NCBI GenBank assembly: GCA_946415525.1
Contig: CAMKSZ010000001.1
Coordinates: 1 to 45,220, forward strand
Length of the DNA: 45,220 bases
DNA from: an uncultured Prevotellaceae bacterium
GTDB lineage: Bacteria > Bacteroidota > Bacteroidia > Bacteroidales > Bacteroidaceae
Reading direction: 5' to 3'
This document shows positions 17,101 through 29,204 of the stretch, piece after piece. Under the pieces are notes generated by a model, which worked only from the letters and a program-made list of their open reading frames with translations, was not told where the DNA came from and made no database searches. The position numbers and the translations under genes are program-made. Positions within the stretch are counted from its first letter, which is position 1. Every line of letters begins with the position of its first letter.

Positions 17101-17729
17101 ATGATTCCGCCAGCACCTATATTATAAAGGTAGTTGAGCAACTGCGCATTGTCATTGAGGATGTCGCCATTGGGGTCGATACTTTCGAGCGCCTCCGCCG
17201 ACTGTTCGTCGAGGCCAACATAATAATAATAGGTGGAAGTGACGATAGCCAGTTCGGATTGCGCATAGACCATTCTTTCCCACTGGTGCTCATTCATCGC
17301 CCCCGGTTCCTCCTCTATGCGTTTTTTCCTGTTGAGTGCGCTTTCCCTAAAAGTATAGAAGTCCTTGTTGTGCGACTGTCGTTGGCAGAGTCGCATGTTT
17401 TGGATGTCGGCAATGAGGAGTTCCACCTGATTGTCGGTGAGAGCCATGACGCTATCGAGTTGGCGTTTTGCCCTTTCGTAGTCCATCCTCGCGATGCTGA
17501 CAAAAGCCTTGTTGTTGTAAGCCTCGGCCTTTCCTCCCCCATAGTGTTCAGAAGCCTTGATGGCCTCGTCGGCAAAAAAAGATGTGGAATCAAGGTCACG
17601 GTAATGGAAATCATAAGACAAACTGTTGAGTTTGTCAGCCTTTTCACTCTCCGACGAGCCACAAGCCGACACCAAGCCCAAGATGCCGAAGAATAAGAAG
17701 CAGAGGAAGGAATTATTTTTCGTCGTCAT
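14109..17729 (-). CDS. Large sensor histidine kinase (DUF5112/DUF5113-type)
   Basis: Lipobox-like VSAC, TPR-like helical sensor region, TM helices, and HATPase boxes NTIADNARKFT, VADTGIGM, GHGFGL, GKGSKFFF. Start set at MTTKNN (17729). Confidence 0.85.
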   Translation of the reverse strand: MTTKNNSFLCFLFFGILGLVSACGSSESEKADKLNSLSYDFHYRDLDSTSFFADEAIKASEHYGGGKAEAYNNKAFVSIARMDYERAKRQLDSVMALTDNQVELLIADIQNMRLCQRQSHNKDFYTFRESALNRKKRIEEEPGAMNEHQWERMVYAQSELAIVTSTYYYYVGLDEQSAEALESIDPNGDILNDNAQLLNYLYNIGAGGIISYGTQEEINQVEMDYLFRCYNIAVQYNYPFWVANSLQAMSEHLQVPVMRQKLIFDNYSTIRNLNIDNMPDSLLAGNLAQRSLDIFSIYGDVYQTAGSYRTLAKCYWYIGDYQASLDCLNAALYTDSAIFKAPDLVASIREQLSVSYAALNNKEETYRNRNYYIDTQDKTRQDLYLESRAEQLDKSVSQLNAMIVAIVVVMVLGVALLFLFYYLRRREDRRDPLQSLMQPLEEWKKDNLAYQSMLDDRYEETMEKMAVCSLHVDNNKRLNLEQRAKVSLVNMVTPYIDRILLEIKKLNTPGEEKERREERFAYVAELADRIIYYNDILTQWIQLRKGELSLHIESFPIQALFDIVAHGKRGFQMKDIQLNVVPSAAWVKADRTLTLFMINTIADNARKFTPSGGSVTIDATETEKYVEVSVADTGIGMTEQQVQEAFSVEKKAFHDDEVHREPVQKNWMGGQEQGHGFGLVNCKGIIEKYKKISSLFNVCELGVESEVGKGSKFFFRLPKGVARTLLALVMLFSHLGLAAEPVDSILDRAGDFAGRVAQCNAADQYGDALNYADSAIACFNRAYRLCRPSGTDTLMLQSSKSVMQSEIYWFHDGLPVDFNVIRTLRNDIAVAALALHQWGIYIYNNKVYTQLYKEMSADRTLGDYCRMMQKSQTNKYMAIVILVILSLLILLAYFLMFYRHQVFYRFSLERVKAMNDVLRSERDDVEKLAEIERLAGKTTGNLGAGMKSGRKSYNNEQLPLMLQQVADELIEALKESIAAANSRKADINIAEDEVRKCEFEDAKLHVCNSVLDNCLSTLKHETMYYPSRIRTLVDRRDEQLQSVSELADYYKELYSILSMQAMHQVESVKMECVPVPVKELLPKVADASTMAIYGDRQLLGYLFDLLRKQGGGQKAITIDDRADRYVDFHVSYPNLHLSDEECHELFNPAPGNMQFLLCRQIVRDVGEATNARACGIRAINRHEEGVVVVVTLVKARNAISTTTAIE

Positions 17730-17814
17730 GGTATCGGAGAAGGAAAAGACGTTCTTTTGCTTAAAGATTAGGCATCCAGAAAGGCTCGATACCTGGAACA
17801 CCTATTTATCATGA

Positions 17815-17844
17815 GTACCGTCGGACACGGAAATCCGACGGTAC
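17815..17844. terminator. Strong hairpin downstream of eda, without a clear U-tract
   Basis: Perfect 11-bp stem GTACCGTCGGA-N8-TCCGACGGTAC. Confidence 0.5.
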
Positions 17845-17868
17845 CACATGTATATTGCGTATGGGGTA

Positions 17869-18540
17869 TTATCCCCTTGCCTTTGCGATATAGCCAAGAG
17901 CCTCCACGCACTTGTCGGAGATGGCCTTCCAATTTTTGGCAGCCACCACCTCTTTGGGGAAGAGTTTGGAGCCCATGCCCACGCAGAGCACACCAGCCTT
18001 GATCCAGTTGGTGAGGTTCTCCTCATCGGGAGAGACACCGCCAGTGACCATGATGTTGGACCAGCGCAAGGGAGCCATCACGTTCTTGACGAAGGACGGT
18101 CCGCCGACGTTTCCTGCGGGGAACACCTTGGTGACATCACACCCGAGGGCTTGTGCGTTGTTGATTTCGCTTACCGAGCCGCAGCCAGGGCTGTAGGGAA
18201 CCAAGCGCCTGTTGCACACCTCGCAGATGGCGGGGTTGAAATTGGGACCTACGATGAAGTTGGCACCCAACTGCAAATAGAGAGCGGCAGTAGCGGGATC
18301 TACCACGGTGCCCACGCCCATGATCATCTCGGGGCAGTTGGCAGCCACCCATTTGTTCACCTCTGCGAACACCTCGTGTGCGAAGTCGCCTCTATTGGTG
18401 AACTCGAACACCCTTACGCCACCGTCGTAGCATGCCTTGACGACATTCTTCACCACCTCGGGGTCGCTATTGTAGAATACGGGCACCATGCCAGTAGCGC
18501 GCATGGCTGTAATCACCTGAACTTTATTGAATCTTGCCAT
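17869..18540 (-). CDS. eda: KDPG/KHG aldolase
   Basis: [30 protein letters not shown]. Confidence 0.93.
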   Translation of the reverse strand: MARFNKVQVITAMRATGMVPVFYNSDPEVVKNVVKACYDGGVRVFEFTNRGDFAHEVFAEVNKWVAANCPEMIMGVGTVVDPATAALYLQLGANFIVGPNFNPAICEVCNRRLVPYSPGCGSVSEINNAQALGCDVTKVFPAGNVGGPSFVKNVMAPLRWSNIMVTGGVSPDEENLTNWIKAGVLCVGMGSKLFPKEVVAAKNWKAISDKCVEALGYIAKARG

Positions 18541-18574
18541 TTTTTGTTGCTATTCTTAGATTATTGTTTGAAAA

Positions 18575-19600
18575 TTATCTCTGCACACGACCGGAAGCGT
18601 CGCCTCCTGCCAAGTTCTCCACTTCCTCTTTCGAGACGAGGTTGAAGTCGCCAGGGATGGTATGTTTGAGAGCCGATGCAGCGACAGCAAACTCCAATGC
18701 CTTGCCTTGGTCGTCGGGATAAGTAAGCAAGCCATGGATAAGACCGCCCGAGAAGGAATCGCCGCCACCTACGCGGTCGATGATGGGCTGGATATCGTAT
18801 CTCTTGCTCTGGTAGAAGTCCTTTCCATTGTAGATGAGCGCCTTCCATCCGTTGTGAGAAGCAGAGAACGACTCGCGGAGTGTGCTCACGACATACTTGA
18901 ACCCGAAGGTCTCCATCATGCCCTTGAAGATGCCATAGTAGCCCTCGGCGTCGGTTTTTCCGCCCTCGACATCAGCCTCCGGCTTGAATCCGAGGCAAAG
19001 TTGAGCGTCCTCCTCATTGCCGATGCACACATCCACATATTTCATAAGAGGCTTCATGATGCTCTGAGCCTTCTCCGAAGTCCACAGTTTCTTGCGGAAA
19101 TTGAGGTCAACGCTGACAGTGACGCCATGTCTCTTGGCAGCCTCACAAGCAAGGCGAGTGAGTTCGGCAGCCTTGTCGCTAATGGCAGGTGTGATGCCAC
19201 TCCAGTGGAACCACTGTGCCCCCTCCATGATTTGGTCGAAGTCGAAGTCCTCGGGATTAGCCTCAGCGATGGCACTTGCAGCGCGGTCGTAGATGACTTT
19301 GGAAGGACGCATGGAAGCGCCAGTCTCCAGGAAATAGATGCCCACGCGGTCGCCTCCACGAGCGATATAGTCGGTCTTGACACCATAGCGGCGGAGTGCG
19401 TTGACAGCGCACTGTCCGATTTCGTGCTTTGGAAGTTTGGTCACAAAATATGCATCGTGTCCGTAGTTGGCGCAACTCACTGCGACATTTGCCTCACCTC
19501 CACCATAGACTACGTCAAAATAGTCGCTCTGAATGAATCTCTTCTGTCCGGGTGACGACAGGCGGAGCATGATTTCTCCTAAGGTTATAACTTTTGCCAT
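18575..19600 (-). CDS. kdgK: 2-dehydro-3-deoxygluconokinase (PfkB family)
   Basis: GEIMLRLS, GGGEANVA, DLNFRKKLW, DRVGGGDSF; adjacent to eda. Confidence 0.92.
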   Translation of the reverse strand: MAKVITLGEIMLRLSSPGQKRFIQSDYFDVVYGGGEANVAVSCANYGHDAYFVTKLPKHEIGQCAVNALRRYGVKTDYIARGGDRVGIYFLETGASMRPSKVIYDRAASAIAEANPEDFDFDQIMEGAQWFHWSGITPAISDKAAELTRLACEAAKRHGVTVSVDLNFRKKLWTSEKAQSIMKPLMKYVDVCIGNEEDAQLCLGFKPEADVEGGKTDAEGYYGIFKGMMETFGFKYVVSTLRESFSASHNGWKALIYNGKDFYQSKRYDIQPIIDRVGGGDSFSGGLIHGLLTYPDDQGKALEFAVAASALKHTIPGDFNLVSKEEVENLAGGDASGRVQR

Positions 19601-19687
19601 TTCTTAATAAATTTGATGTTTATAGATTAATTGTTTTTGTTTGTCGTTTTTTGCTGGCCTTATTGCCTGTTTGTCAGTTTCGACGTA

Positions 19688-19695
19688 CAAAAATA
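19688..19695 (-). promoter_or_regulatory. -7 element TATTTTTG for kdgK-eda
   Basis: TAnnTTTG match about 90 nt upstream of kdgK. Confidence 0.55.
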
Positions 19696-19794
19696 CTTCT
19701 TTTTTTGTGAATGCCGAAATAATTTTTTCAATTTTTGCGAATGTTTTGCGTAAAGGATTACGTCACTGCGTCCTGCCGCCCCACCTTTTGACCG

Positions 19795-21237
19795 TCATTC
19801 GGTTTTGGGCGGGTTGATGACAGTGGCGCATCGCGTGTCATGATAGTCGATGGGCGCATGCCCGTCGAGGAACTTGATGAGTATGTCGGAGCATCTCAAT
19901 CCATTGGCCTCCCCCTGGTCACCTCGTGGCGCATCGCAGATGGCTGCGACGAAACTGTTGCACGCCATCTTGTATTTTTTCTTCGCCTTGATTCGCTTTC
20001 CGTCGGGCATGAACACCTTGATGCCCTTTACCTTCTTGAAGTCTTTGGGGTCGAGCGTCAGTTCGTATTTGGCACCACCGATGAGAGGCAACTGTTGGTC
20101 GTCGTTTTCGTAGCAAGAGACAATCATTTGGCAGAACTCGTCGCCAGTGATGGACATCTCGACGCATTGGTTGTCGAAGGGGTCGAGCCGCAGCACGTCG
20201 CCAACGGTGAACGATCCCGCCTTTTTTTCCTCCAGACGCACGCCACCCCCGTTTTCCAAGGCCAGGTCGGCCCCTGTCACTTGTATGAGAGCGTCGCACA
20301 TCATCACCCCTAACGACTCGCTGTTAGGGAAGTCCCTCGTTGCCGTTGTCAGTTCTCGCCGGAACTCCGGGTTGGAGGCAAAGAAATCGACCATGGCCGC
20401 AGCCAGTTCATTTTTGGAGCCATATCCCTTCACTTCAATATTTTTCGCCGTCTTGCCGACCACTTTTTTGCCCTCCAACGTCAGAGTGATGTAGGTGACC
20501 CTTTTGATCTTGTTCTCGTTTTGTGTGACAAGCACGCCATTGTGCATTTCCCCACCGTCGAGTTGCGTGTGGGTATGCCCGCCGATGATGAGGTCGAAAT
20601 ACGGGAATTTCTTGGCCATTTCCACGTCCTCCTCGTATCCGATATGCGATAGCAGGATGTAAACGTCCACTTCTTTTCTCAACCATTCATACTGTCGGAT
20701 GGCCTCCTCAGGAGAGATGAACGACAACCCTTTCAAAAAGTCGGGGTGCGCACTTGGTATGCCCCTAACGCCCAGTTCCACCACACCGAGCACGCCAATT
20801 TTGATGCCATCGACGAAATAGATATGGTAAGGTTCCGTGTGGATGCCCACCGCCGGATCGGCCTTCATGTTGGCGCAAAGATACGGGAAGTTGGAAGTGG
20901 ATATGACCTTAGCCAGTCCCTCCTGCCGGCTGTCGAACTCATGGTTGCCGATGGCCGATGCATCGAATCCTATGAGGTTCATGAGCGAAGTCATGGGATA
21001 GGACGGTGTGGGATAGAGGTCGTTGACGGGATTGCCGGTGCGGTTGTCTCCGGCAGAAAAGACCAAGAGGTTTTTATCGACCTCCCTAAGACTATCGACG
21101 ATGGCCGCCAAAATAGGCATATTGTCGAGTGAGGCATGCATGTCGTTGGCCGAAACGATGTGCAATTCGCGGGTCTGTGCCGCCATGTTCATGGCTGTCA
21201 GCGCTGCCAGCAGCCAAAGGATGCAAAATTTTTTCAT
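19795..21237 (-). CDS. Secreted bifunctional metallophosphatase/5'-nucleotidase (UshA-like)
   Basis: Signal peptide from MKKFC (21237); motifs NDMH, AGDN, GNHEFD, LSH, GGHTH, and NGGGVR in the C-terminal domain. Confidence 0.9.
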   Translation of the reverse strand: MKKFCILWLLAALTAMNMAAQTRELHIVSANDMHASLDNMPILAAIVDSLREVDKNLLVFSAGDNRTGNPVNDLYPTPSYPMTSLMNLIGFDASAIGNHEFDSRQEGLAKVISTSNFPYLCANMKADPAVGIHTEPYHIYFVDGIKIGVLGVVELGVRGIPSAHPDFLKGLSFISPEEAIRQYEWLRKEVDVYILLSHIGYEEDVEMAKKFPYFDLIIGGHTHTQLDGGEMHNGVLVTQNENKIKRVTYITLTLEGKKVVGKTAKNIEVKGYGSKNELAAAMVDFFASNPEFRRELTTATRDFPNSESLGVMMCDALIQVTGADLALENGGGVRLEEKKAGSFTVGDVLRLDPFDNQCVEMSITGDEFCQMIVSCYENDDQQLPLIGGAKYELTLDPKDFKKVKGIKVFMPDGKRIKAKKKYKMACNSFVAAICDAPRGDQGEANGLRCSDILIKFLDGHAPIDYHDTRCATVINPPKTE

Positions 21238-21286
21238 GTTGATTGATTGACGTTTGAAAATGAGAGGGTTGTAGGTCATGCTGTGG

Positions 21287-21487
21287 TCATTCGATTTTGT
21301 AGGATATCTCCTGTCCTTCCGAAAGAGTTGCCTCTTTGCCGATGACATGCCCCCACTTATCGCAAACGACCGCCTGTCCGATGAGTTCCTTGTCGATGTC
21401 GCATTTGGCGAAATGCCTCAGTACGGCGTCGCGCACTGTCGCTCCCCGGAAAATAATCAATGCCTTTCCGTTTACTTTCACATTCAT
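21287..21487 (-). CDS. Small ThiS/MoaD-like beta-grasp protein without C-terminal GG
   Basis: The pattern MNVKVNGKALII..GATVRDAV...LSEGQEI resembles sulfur-carrier folds. A-rich translation start region. Confidence 0.6.
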   Translation of the reverse strand: MNVKVNGKALIIFRGATVRDAVLRHFAKCDIDKELIGQAVVCDKWGHVIGKEATLSEGQEISYKIE

Positions 21488-21531
21488 AATCGTTGGTTTT
21501 TGTTGAAGGTTTTACTTATCCGATAGTAGCA

Positions 21532-21556
21532 GAAAGGCAGCCACCGGCTGCCTTTC
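21532..21556 (-). terminator. Hairpin downstream of lutC
   Basis: GAAAGGCAGCC-ACC-GGCTGCCTTTC perfect stem with only a short U-tract. Confidence 0.6.
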
Positions 21557-21575
21557 CTCCTCTTGTATTCTCATA

Positions 21576-22166
21576 TCATACCAACACCACGGTGGCGCTT
21601 CGTGCAGCCTGTGCACCCATGACGAGCACCTGTGCGATATCGGCAGTTTTCGACGGTCCGCTGATGAAGGTACCGTATCCGTAGTCGTTGAACTCGATGC
21701 GGCGGTAAGCCTCGTGCATGTTGTTGACGATTTCCGACTTCTTGAGCAGGATTACCAAGTTTTCGGAGATGAAGCACACCGCCTTCTCCACCATAGTCTG
21801 CGGAATCCACACACATGCATTCTCTGCTACGCCGAACACCCCCTTGATGATGCCGACATCGGTTCCGTTGAGAGCCTGAGGCGAACCTATCGTGTCGGGG
21901 TTTCTGGTAGCGATGGTGATTTCGGGCAGATTGCTTGCGATTTCCTTTGCATCGGGATATAGTTCACGGACGAGTTGGTTGATGTCCTGTCCGGGCTTCA
22001 GTTCCACTACCTTTCCTCCTACATTTTGTGTCATGGTCACAAATTGTTTGAGCGGATCGGGATAGGTGATGCCCTTGATGTCATCCAATCTCGGCATGTC
22101 GAACTTCACCTTGACATTTTTTCTGAACTTAGTCAGAATATCTTCTTTTTTGCTCATGGTTTTCAC
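21576..22166 (-). CDS. lutC: Lactate utilization protein C (LUD domain)
   Basis: GVAENACVW, FISGPSKTADIAQVLVMGAQ. Confidence 0.88.
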   Translation of the reverse strand: MKTMSKKEDILTKFRKNVKVKFDMPRLDDIKGITYPDPLKQFVTMTQNVGGKVVELKPGQDINQLVRELYPDAKEIASNLPEITIATRNPDTIGSPQALNGTDVGIIKGVFGVAENACVWIPQTMVEKAVCFISENLVILLKKSEIVNNMHEAYRRIEFNDYGYGTFISGPSKTADIAQVLVMGAQAARSATVVLV

Positions 22167-22172
22167 ATTTAA

Positions 22173-23543
22173 TTACTTGACCTTACCTTTTTTCCACAAT
22201 TCCTGGAAGGAATATCTCGGGAAGCGCATCATTTTGTGCCCTTCTGCCCATGGATTAAGTCCGCTCTCGATGAGGAATCCCGGCACCCAGTTGGCCATCG
22301 GGGCAAACTTCATGGCCGTATTGTATAATGCACTGCTCCCAAAGAGCATCTTCATGCCCTTGCACATGCGCTTCTTGTCAGGATTTGCAGTGCCAAAGTC
22401 ATCGAGTTGCTGTCTCCATTTATACACCTGGTCACCCAAGTCAATCTTGACGGGGCAAACTGTCTGGCAACTGAGGCAAAGGGTGCAAGCCGACACGTTG
22501 CCACTATGCTTCTGCTTGTCACGCAACATACCGAGGTTGATGCCCACTGGTCCTGGTATAAAATAGGAATAGGAATATCCACCACTTCGGCGATAGACGG
22601 GGCAAGTGTTCATGCAAGAGCCGCACCTGATGCACTTGAGAGTCTCCCAATGCTCAGGGTTGGCCACCCAGTCGCTTCTCCCGTTATCGACGAGGATGAT
22701 GTGCATCTTCTGTGCCGTAGGCCTTGCCTTTCGGAAATGACTGGTGTAGGTGGTCGTCGGCTGTCCGGTACCTGCACGGCAAAGCATTCTTTGGAAGACG
22801 GCCAGGCAATCATAGTCGGGAATCACCTTTTCGAGTCCAATAGCCGCGATGTGCAGTTTGGGGCACGACGTACTCATGTCAGCATTTCCCTCGTTGGTGC
22901 ACACGACGATGTCGCCTGTCTCTGCGATGCCGAAATTGGCCCCCGTCATACCTGCATCCGCCGTAAGGAACTCATTGCGCAAACTCAAACGCGCCATATA
23001 AGTAAGATATGTTGGGTCGTGGTTGCCCTTTTCCGTGCCAAGTTTCTCCTCGAAGAGTTCACCCACGTCGTCGTGGTTGAGGTGGATGGCCGGCATGACA
23101 ATGTGACTCGGCGCCTGTCCCTTGAGTTGTATGATGCGCTCTCCGAGGTCGGTCTCCACCACCTCGATGCCGTTGCGCTCGAGGAACGGGTTCATGCCAC
23201 ACTCCTCGGTAAGCATACTCTTGCTCTTGACGATTTTCTTGACGTTATGCTCACGGAAGATTTGCAATACGATTTCATTGAACTCGTCGGCATCCTTTGC
23301 CCAGTGCACGATGCATCCGTTTTTCTCTGCATTGGTGGCAAATTTGTCGAGATACTCATCGAGGTGCGAAATGGTGTGCTTCTTGATGGCCGAAGCCTTC
23401 TCGCGGAGTTGTTCCCACTCGTCGAGCCCCATGGCCATATTGTCTCGTTTTGACCTGACGGACCAGAAAGTGGCGTCATGCCACTGCGAGTATTTCTGAT
23501 TTTTCAGAAACTCTTTGGCTGCTTTTGAATGCGGTGTGCTCAT
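22173..23543 (-). CDS. lutB: Lactate utilization protein B (4Fe-4S)
   Basis: KSKSMLTEE, ETDLGE, PSHIVMPAIH, CIRCGSCMNTCPVY, CTLCLSCQTVCPV. Confidence 0.92.
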   Translation of the reverse strand: MSTPHSKAAKEFLKNQKYSQWHDATFWSVRSKRDNMAMGLDEWEQLREKASAIKKHTISHLDEYLDKFATNAEKNGCIVHWAKDADEFNEIVLQIFREHNVKKIVKSKSMLTEECGMNPFLERNGIEVVETDLGERIIQLKGQAPSHIVMPAIHLNHDDVGELFEEKLGTEKGNHDPTYLTYMARLSLRNEFLTADAGMTGANFGIAETGDIVVCTNEGNADMSTSCPKLHIAAIGLEKVIPDYDCLAVFQRMLCRAGTGQPTTTYTSHFRKARPTAQKMHIILVDNGRSDWVANPEHWETLKCIRCGSCMNTCPVYRRSGGYSYSYFIPGPVGINLGMLRDKQKHSGNVSACTLCLSCQTVCPVKIDLGDQVYKWRQQLDDFGTANPDKKRMCKGMKMLFGSSALYNTAMKFAPMANWVPGFLIESGLNPWAEGHKMMRFPRYSFQELWKKGKVK

Positions 23544-24277
23544 AGTCCTGCTGCTAAAATTTCTACTGCGTGAATAAACTGTATCGCCATGTCGCGTTTC
23601 TTAGCGACACCAGCCATGTGCATAAGGCACGAGCAGTCGGGCCCGGTGACATACTCTGCACCAGTCTCGATATGTCTTTTCACCTTGTCGTAGCCCATTT
23701 GAGCCGACACTGCCGTTTCTTCGACGGCGAACATGCCACCGAATCCGCAGCACTCGTCCTTTCGCTCGGGTTCCAAAACAGTGATGCCCTTTTTCAGTTC
23801 GAGCAAGTCCTTGATTTTATTGAACTTGCCGACGTTCATCTCACTCGGGGAACTCAGTCCGAGTTCACGCACACCGTGACAGGAGTTGTGGAGGCTCACC
23901 TTGTGCGGAAATTCGCCCGGCAGGCTTTTCACCTTCACCACATCGTGGAGGAATTCCACCACATCCATGGCCTTGTCGGCCGTCTTGCAGGTGTGTTTTC
24001 CCTCAAGAAGCCGTGGATAGTTGATTTTGACGAAAGCCGTACAACTGACCGATGGCGCTACGACATAGTCGAATTTGTCGAACAAGTCCTCGAATTTTTC
24101 GGCGAGGGGCACTGCCATCTTTTCGAAGCCAGCGTTTGCCATCGGCTGCCCACAGCAAGTCTGATTGAGCGGATATTCCACATCCAGTCCCAAATGCTTG
24201 AGCAACTTATATGTGGCGACCCCCACTTGGGGATAGACCGCATCGACATAACAGGGAATAAATAAACCGATTTTCAT
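23540..24277 (-). CDS. lutA: Lactate utilization protein A (CCG domain Fe-S protein)
   Basis: QTCCGQP, HNSCH, ECCGFGG, DCSCLMH. Confidence 0.92.
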   Translation of the reverse strand: MKIGLFIPCYVDAVYPQVGVATYKLLKHLGLDVEYPLNQTCCGQPMANAGFEKMAVPLAEKFEDLFDKFDYVVAPSVSCTAFVKINYPRLLEGKHTCKTADKAMDVVEFLHDVVKVKSLPGEFPHKVSLHNSCHGVRELGLSSPSEMNVGKFNKIKDLLELKKGITVLEPERKDECCGFGGMFAVEETAVSAQMGYDKVKRHIETGAEYVTGPDCSCLMHMAGVAKKRDMAIQFIHAVEILAAGL

Positions 24278-24322
24278 GTATTATAATTGTTGTTAAAGGA
24301 TAGTGTTTTTGCAAAGTTTGTG

Positions 24323-24353
24323 CAAATATAACAAATCTATCCGACATAGCAAG
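24323..24353 (-). promoter_or_regulatory. lutABC promoter (CTTG-N19-TATATTTG)
   Basis: Consensus match about 45 nt upstream of lutA. Confidence 0.65.
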
Positions 24354-24476
24354 TATTTTTGCAAGAAAGTTTTATATTTTTGCCATTTTTCATTTCTTGA
24401 TATGTTAGACGGCGTCAAGTCGAAAAAACTTTGCGTTTCGTTTTGTATTTCGCTCAGTTTGCACTAATTTCGCGGC

Positions 24477-25673
24477 ATGATTGCATTATGCCGCCACATC
24501 AAGCCCCTTTTGTTGCTTGTTTTCAGTATCGCAGCCCTGTCCTGCCACGCTCAATCCGATGCCGACAGTCGGCTCGACTCCACCGAGATCAGTCTGCTGA
24601 CCTGTTCGCCCCACCAGGAAGTGTATAGCCTTTATGGGCACACCGCCATCAGAGTGCGCAACGCCGTCACAGGCGAAGACTTGGTGGTGAACTATGGTGT
24701 GTTCGACTTCGCCCAGCCCCATTTCGTCACCCGTTTCGTGTTTGGGTTGACCGACTACAGCATGGGCATCATGCCCTTCTCTCTGTTCTACCAAGAATAT
24801 CGCTATTACAACAGCAGTGTCACGCAACAGACCCTCAACCTGACACGTGCCGAGAAGCAAAATATCCTCAAAGCCTTGGCCGACAACGCCCAGTCGCCCA
24901 CCTACCGTTACAACTATTTTCACGACAACTGCACGACGCGCGCTCGTGACATGCTCACGCAGCATCTTGACGGCGAAGTGCACTATCAAGGTGCAGCCGA
25001 CAGTTCTGCCACCTTCCGCAGCATGATCCACGACTTCAACGAACAACACCCCTGGGCTCGATTCGGCAACGACATGCTGCTCGGTTTTGGTGCCGACCGC
25101 CGCACCACCCGCAGTGAAACACAGTTTCTGCCCACCAACCTGATGGACGACTTCGCCACCGCCACCATCGAGGGCGAAGGCGGCTCACGCCCCTTGGTGA
25201 AGGAGACGAGAGAAGTGGTGCCAGGTGGCGTACAAGTGGTGGAAAGCGAGTTTCCCCTTCGCCCCCTCAGTTGTTTCCTTCTTCTTTTGATCGTCACCCT
25301 TTTGGTGATTGCCATCGAATGGAAGACCGGAAGCACACTTTGGGGCTACGATGCCATCGTGCTGACCCTCTCAGGCTTGGCAGGCATCGTGCTGACGCTG
25401 ATGATATTCTCCCACCACCCCTCTGTGAGCCTCAACCTCCAGTTGCTGCTGCTCAACCCCCTTCCCCTGTTGCTTGTCATCCCCGTTGTAAGAAAAACCC
25501 GCCGCCACCTACAACATTGGTGGTGGAAGGCATGGACAGTACTCATCATATTGTTTTTTGTAGGCTCTTTCATCCAAAAATATGCCGAAGGAATGTTCAT
25601 TTTGGCACTATCTTTGCTGTGCCTGTGCATCTGGCGTCTGCAAAAAAACTCCCAAAAGAGGAAAATGAAGTGA
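24477..25673 (+). CDS. lnb: DUF4105 family protein, lipoprotein N-acyltransferase Lnb-like
   Basis: ISLLTCSP, YGHTAIRV (His), YRYNYFHDNCTTR (Cys), C-terminal TM helices; located upstream of secA. Confidence 0.8.
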   Translation: MIALCRHIKPLLLLVFSIAALSCHAQSDADSRLDSTEISLLTCSPHQEVYSLYGHTAIRVRNAVTGEDLVVNYGVFDFAQPHFVTRFVFGLTDYSMGIMPFSLFYQEYRYYNSSVTQQTLNLTRAEKQNILKALADNAQSPTYRYNYFHDNCTTRARDMLTQHLDGEVHYQGAADSSATFRSMIHDFNEQHPWARFGNDMLLGFGADRRTTRSETQFLPTNLMDDFATATIEGEGGSRPLVKETREVVPGGVQVVESEFPLRPLSCFLLLLIVTLLVIAIEWKTGSTLWGYDAIVLTLSGLAGIVLTLMIFSHHPSVSLNLQLLLLNPLPLLLVIPVVRKTRRHLQHWWWKAWTVLIILFFVGSFIQKYAEGMFILALSLLCLCIWRLQKNSQKRKMK

Positions 25674-25702
25674 GTAAAATTGCACATGTCGGGAAAAATG
25701 CT

Positions 25703-25710
25703 TACTTTTG
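25703..25710 (+). promoter_or_regulatory. secA -7 element TACTTTTG
   Basis: TAnnTTTG match, with ATTG 20 nt upstream. Confidence 0.6.
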
Positions 25711-25751
25711 CACTTTAATAGACGAAAAAGGAAACAAAACATCAAATATTA

Positions 25752-29177
<3,426 letters not shown>

Positions 29178-29204
29178 GTCACTCACCCAAATCCGTCACA
29201 AAAG

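Noticed and set aside
19749-19762. CGTAA-N4-TTACG upstream of kdgK as an operator
   Set aside because: The arms are only 5 bp and could easily arise by chance.
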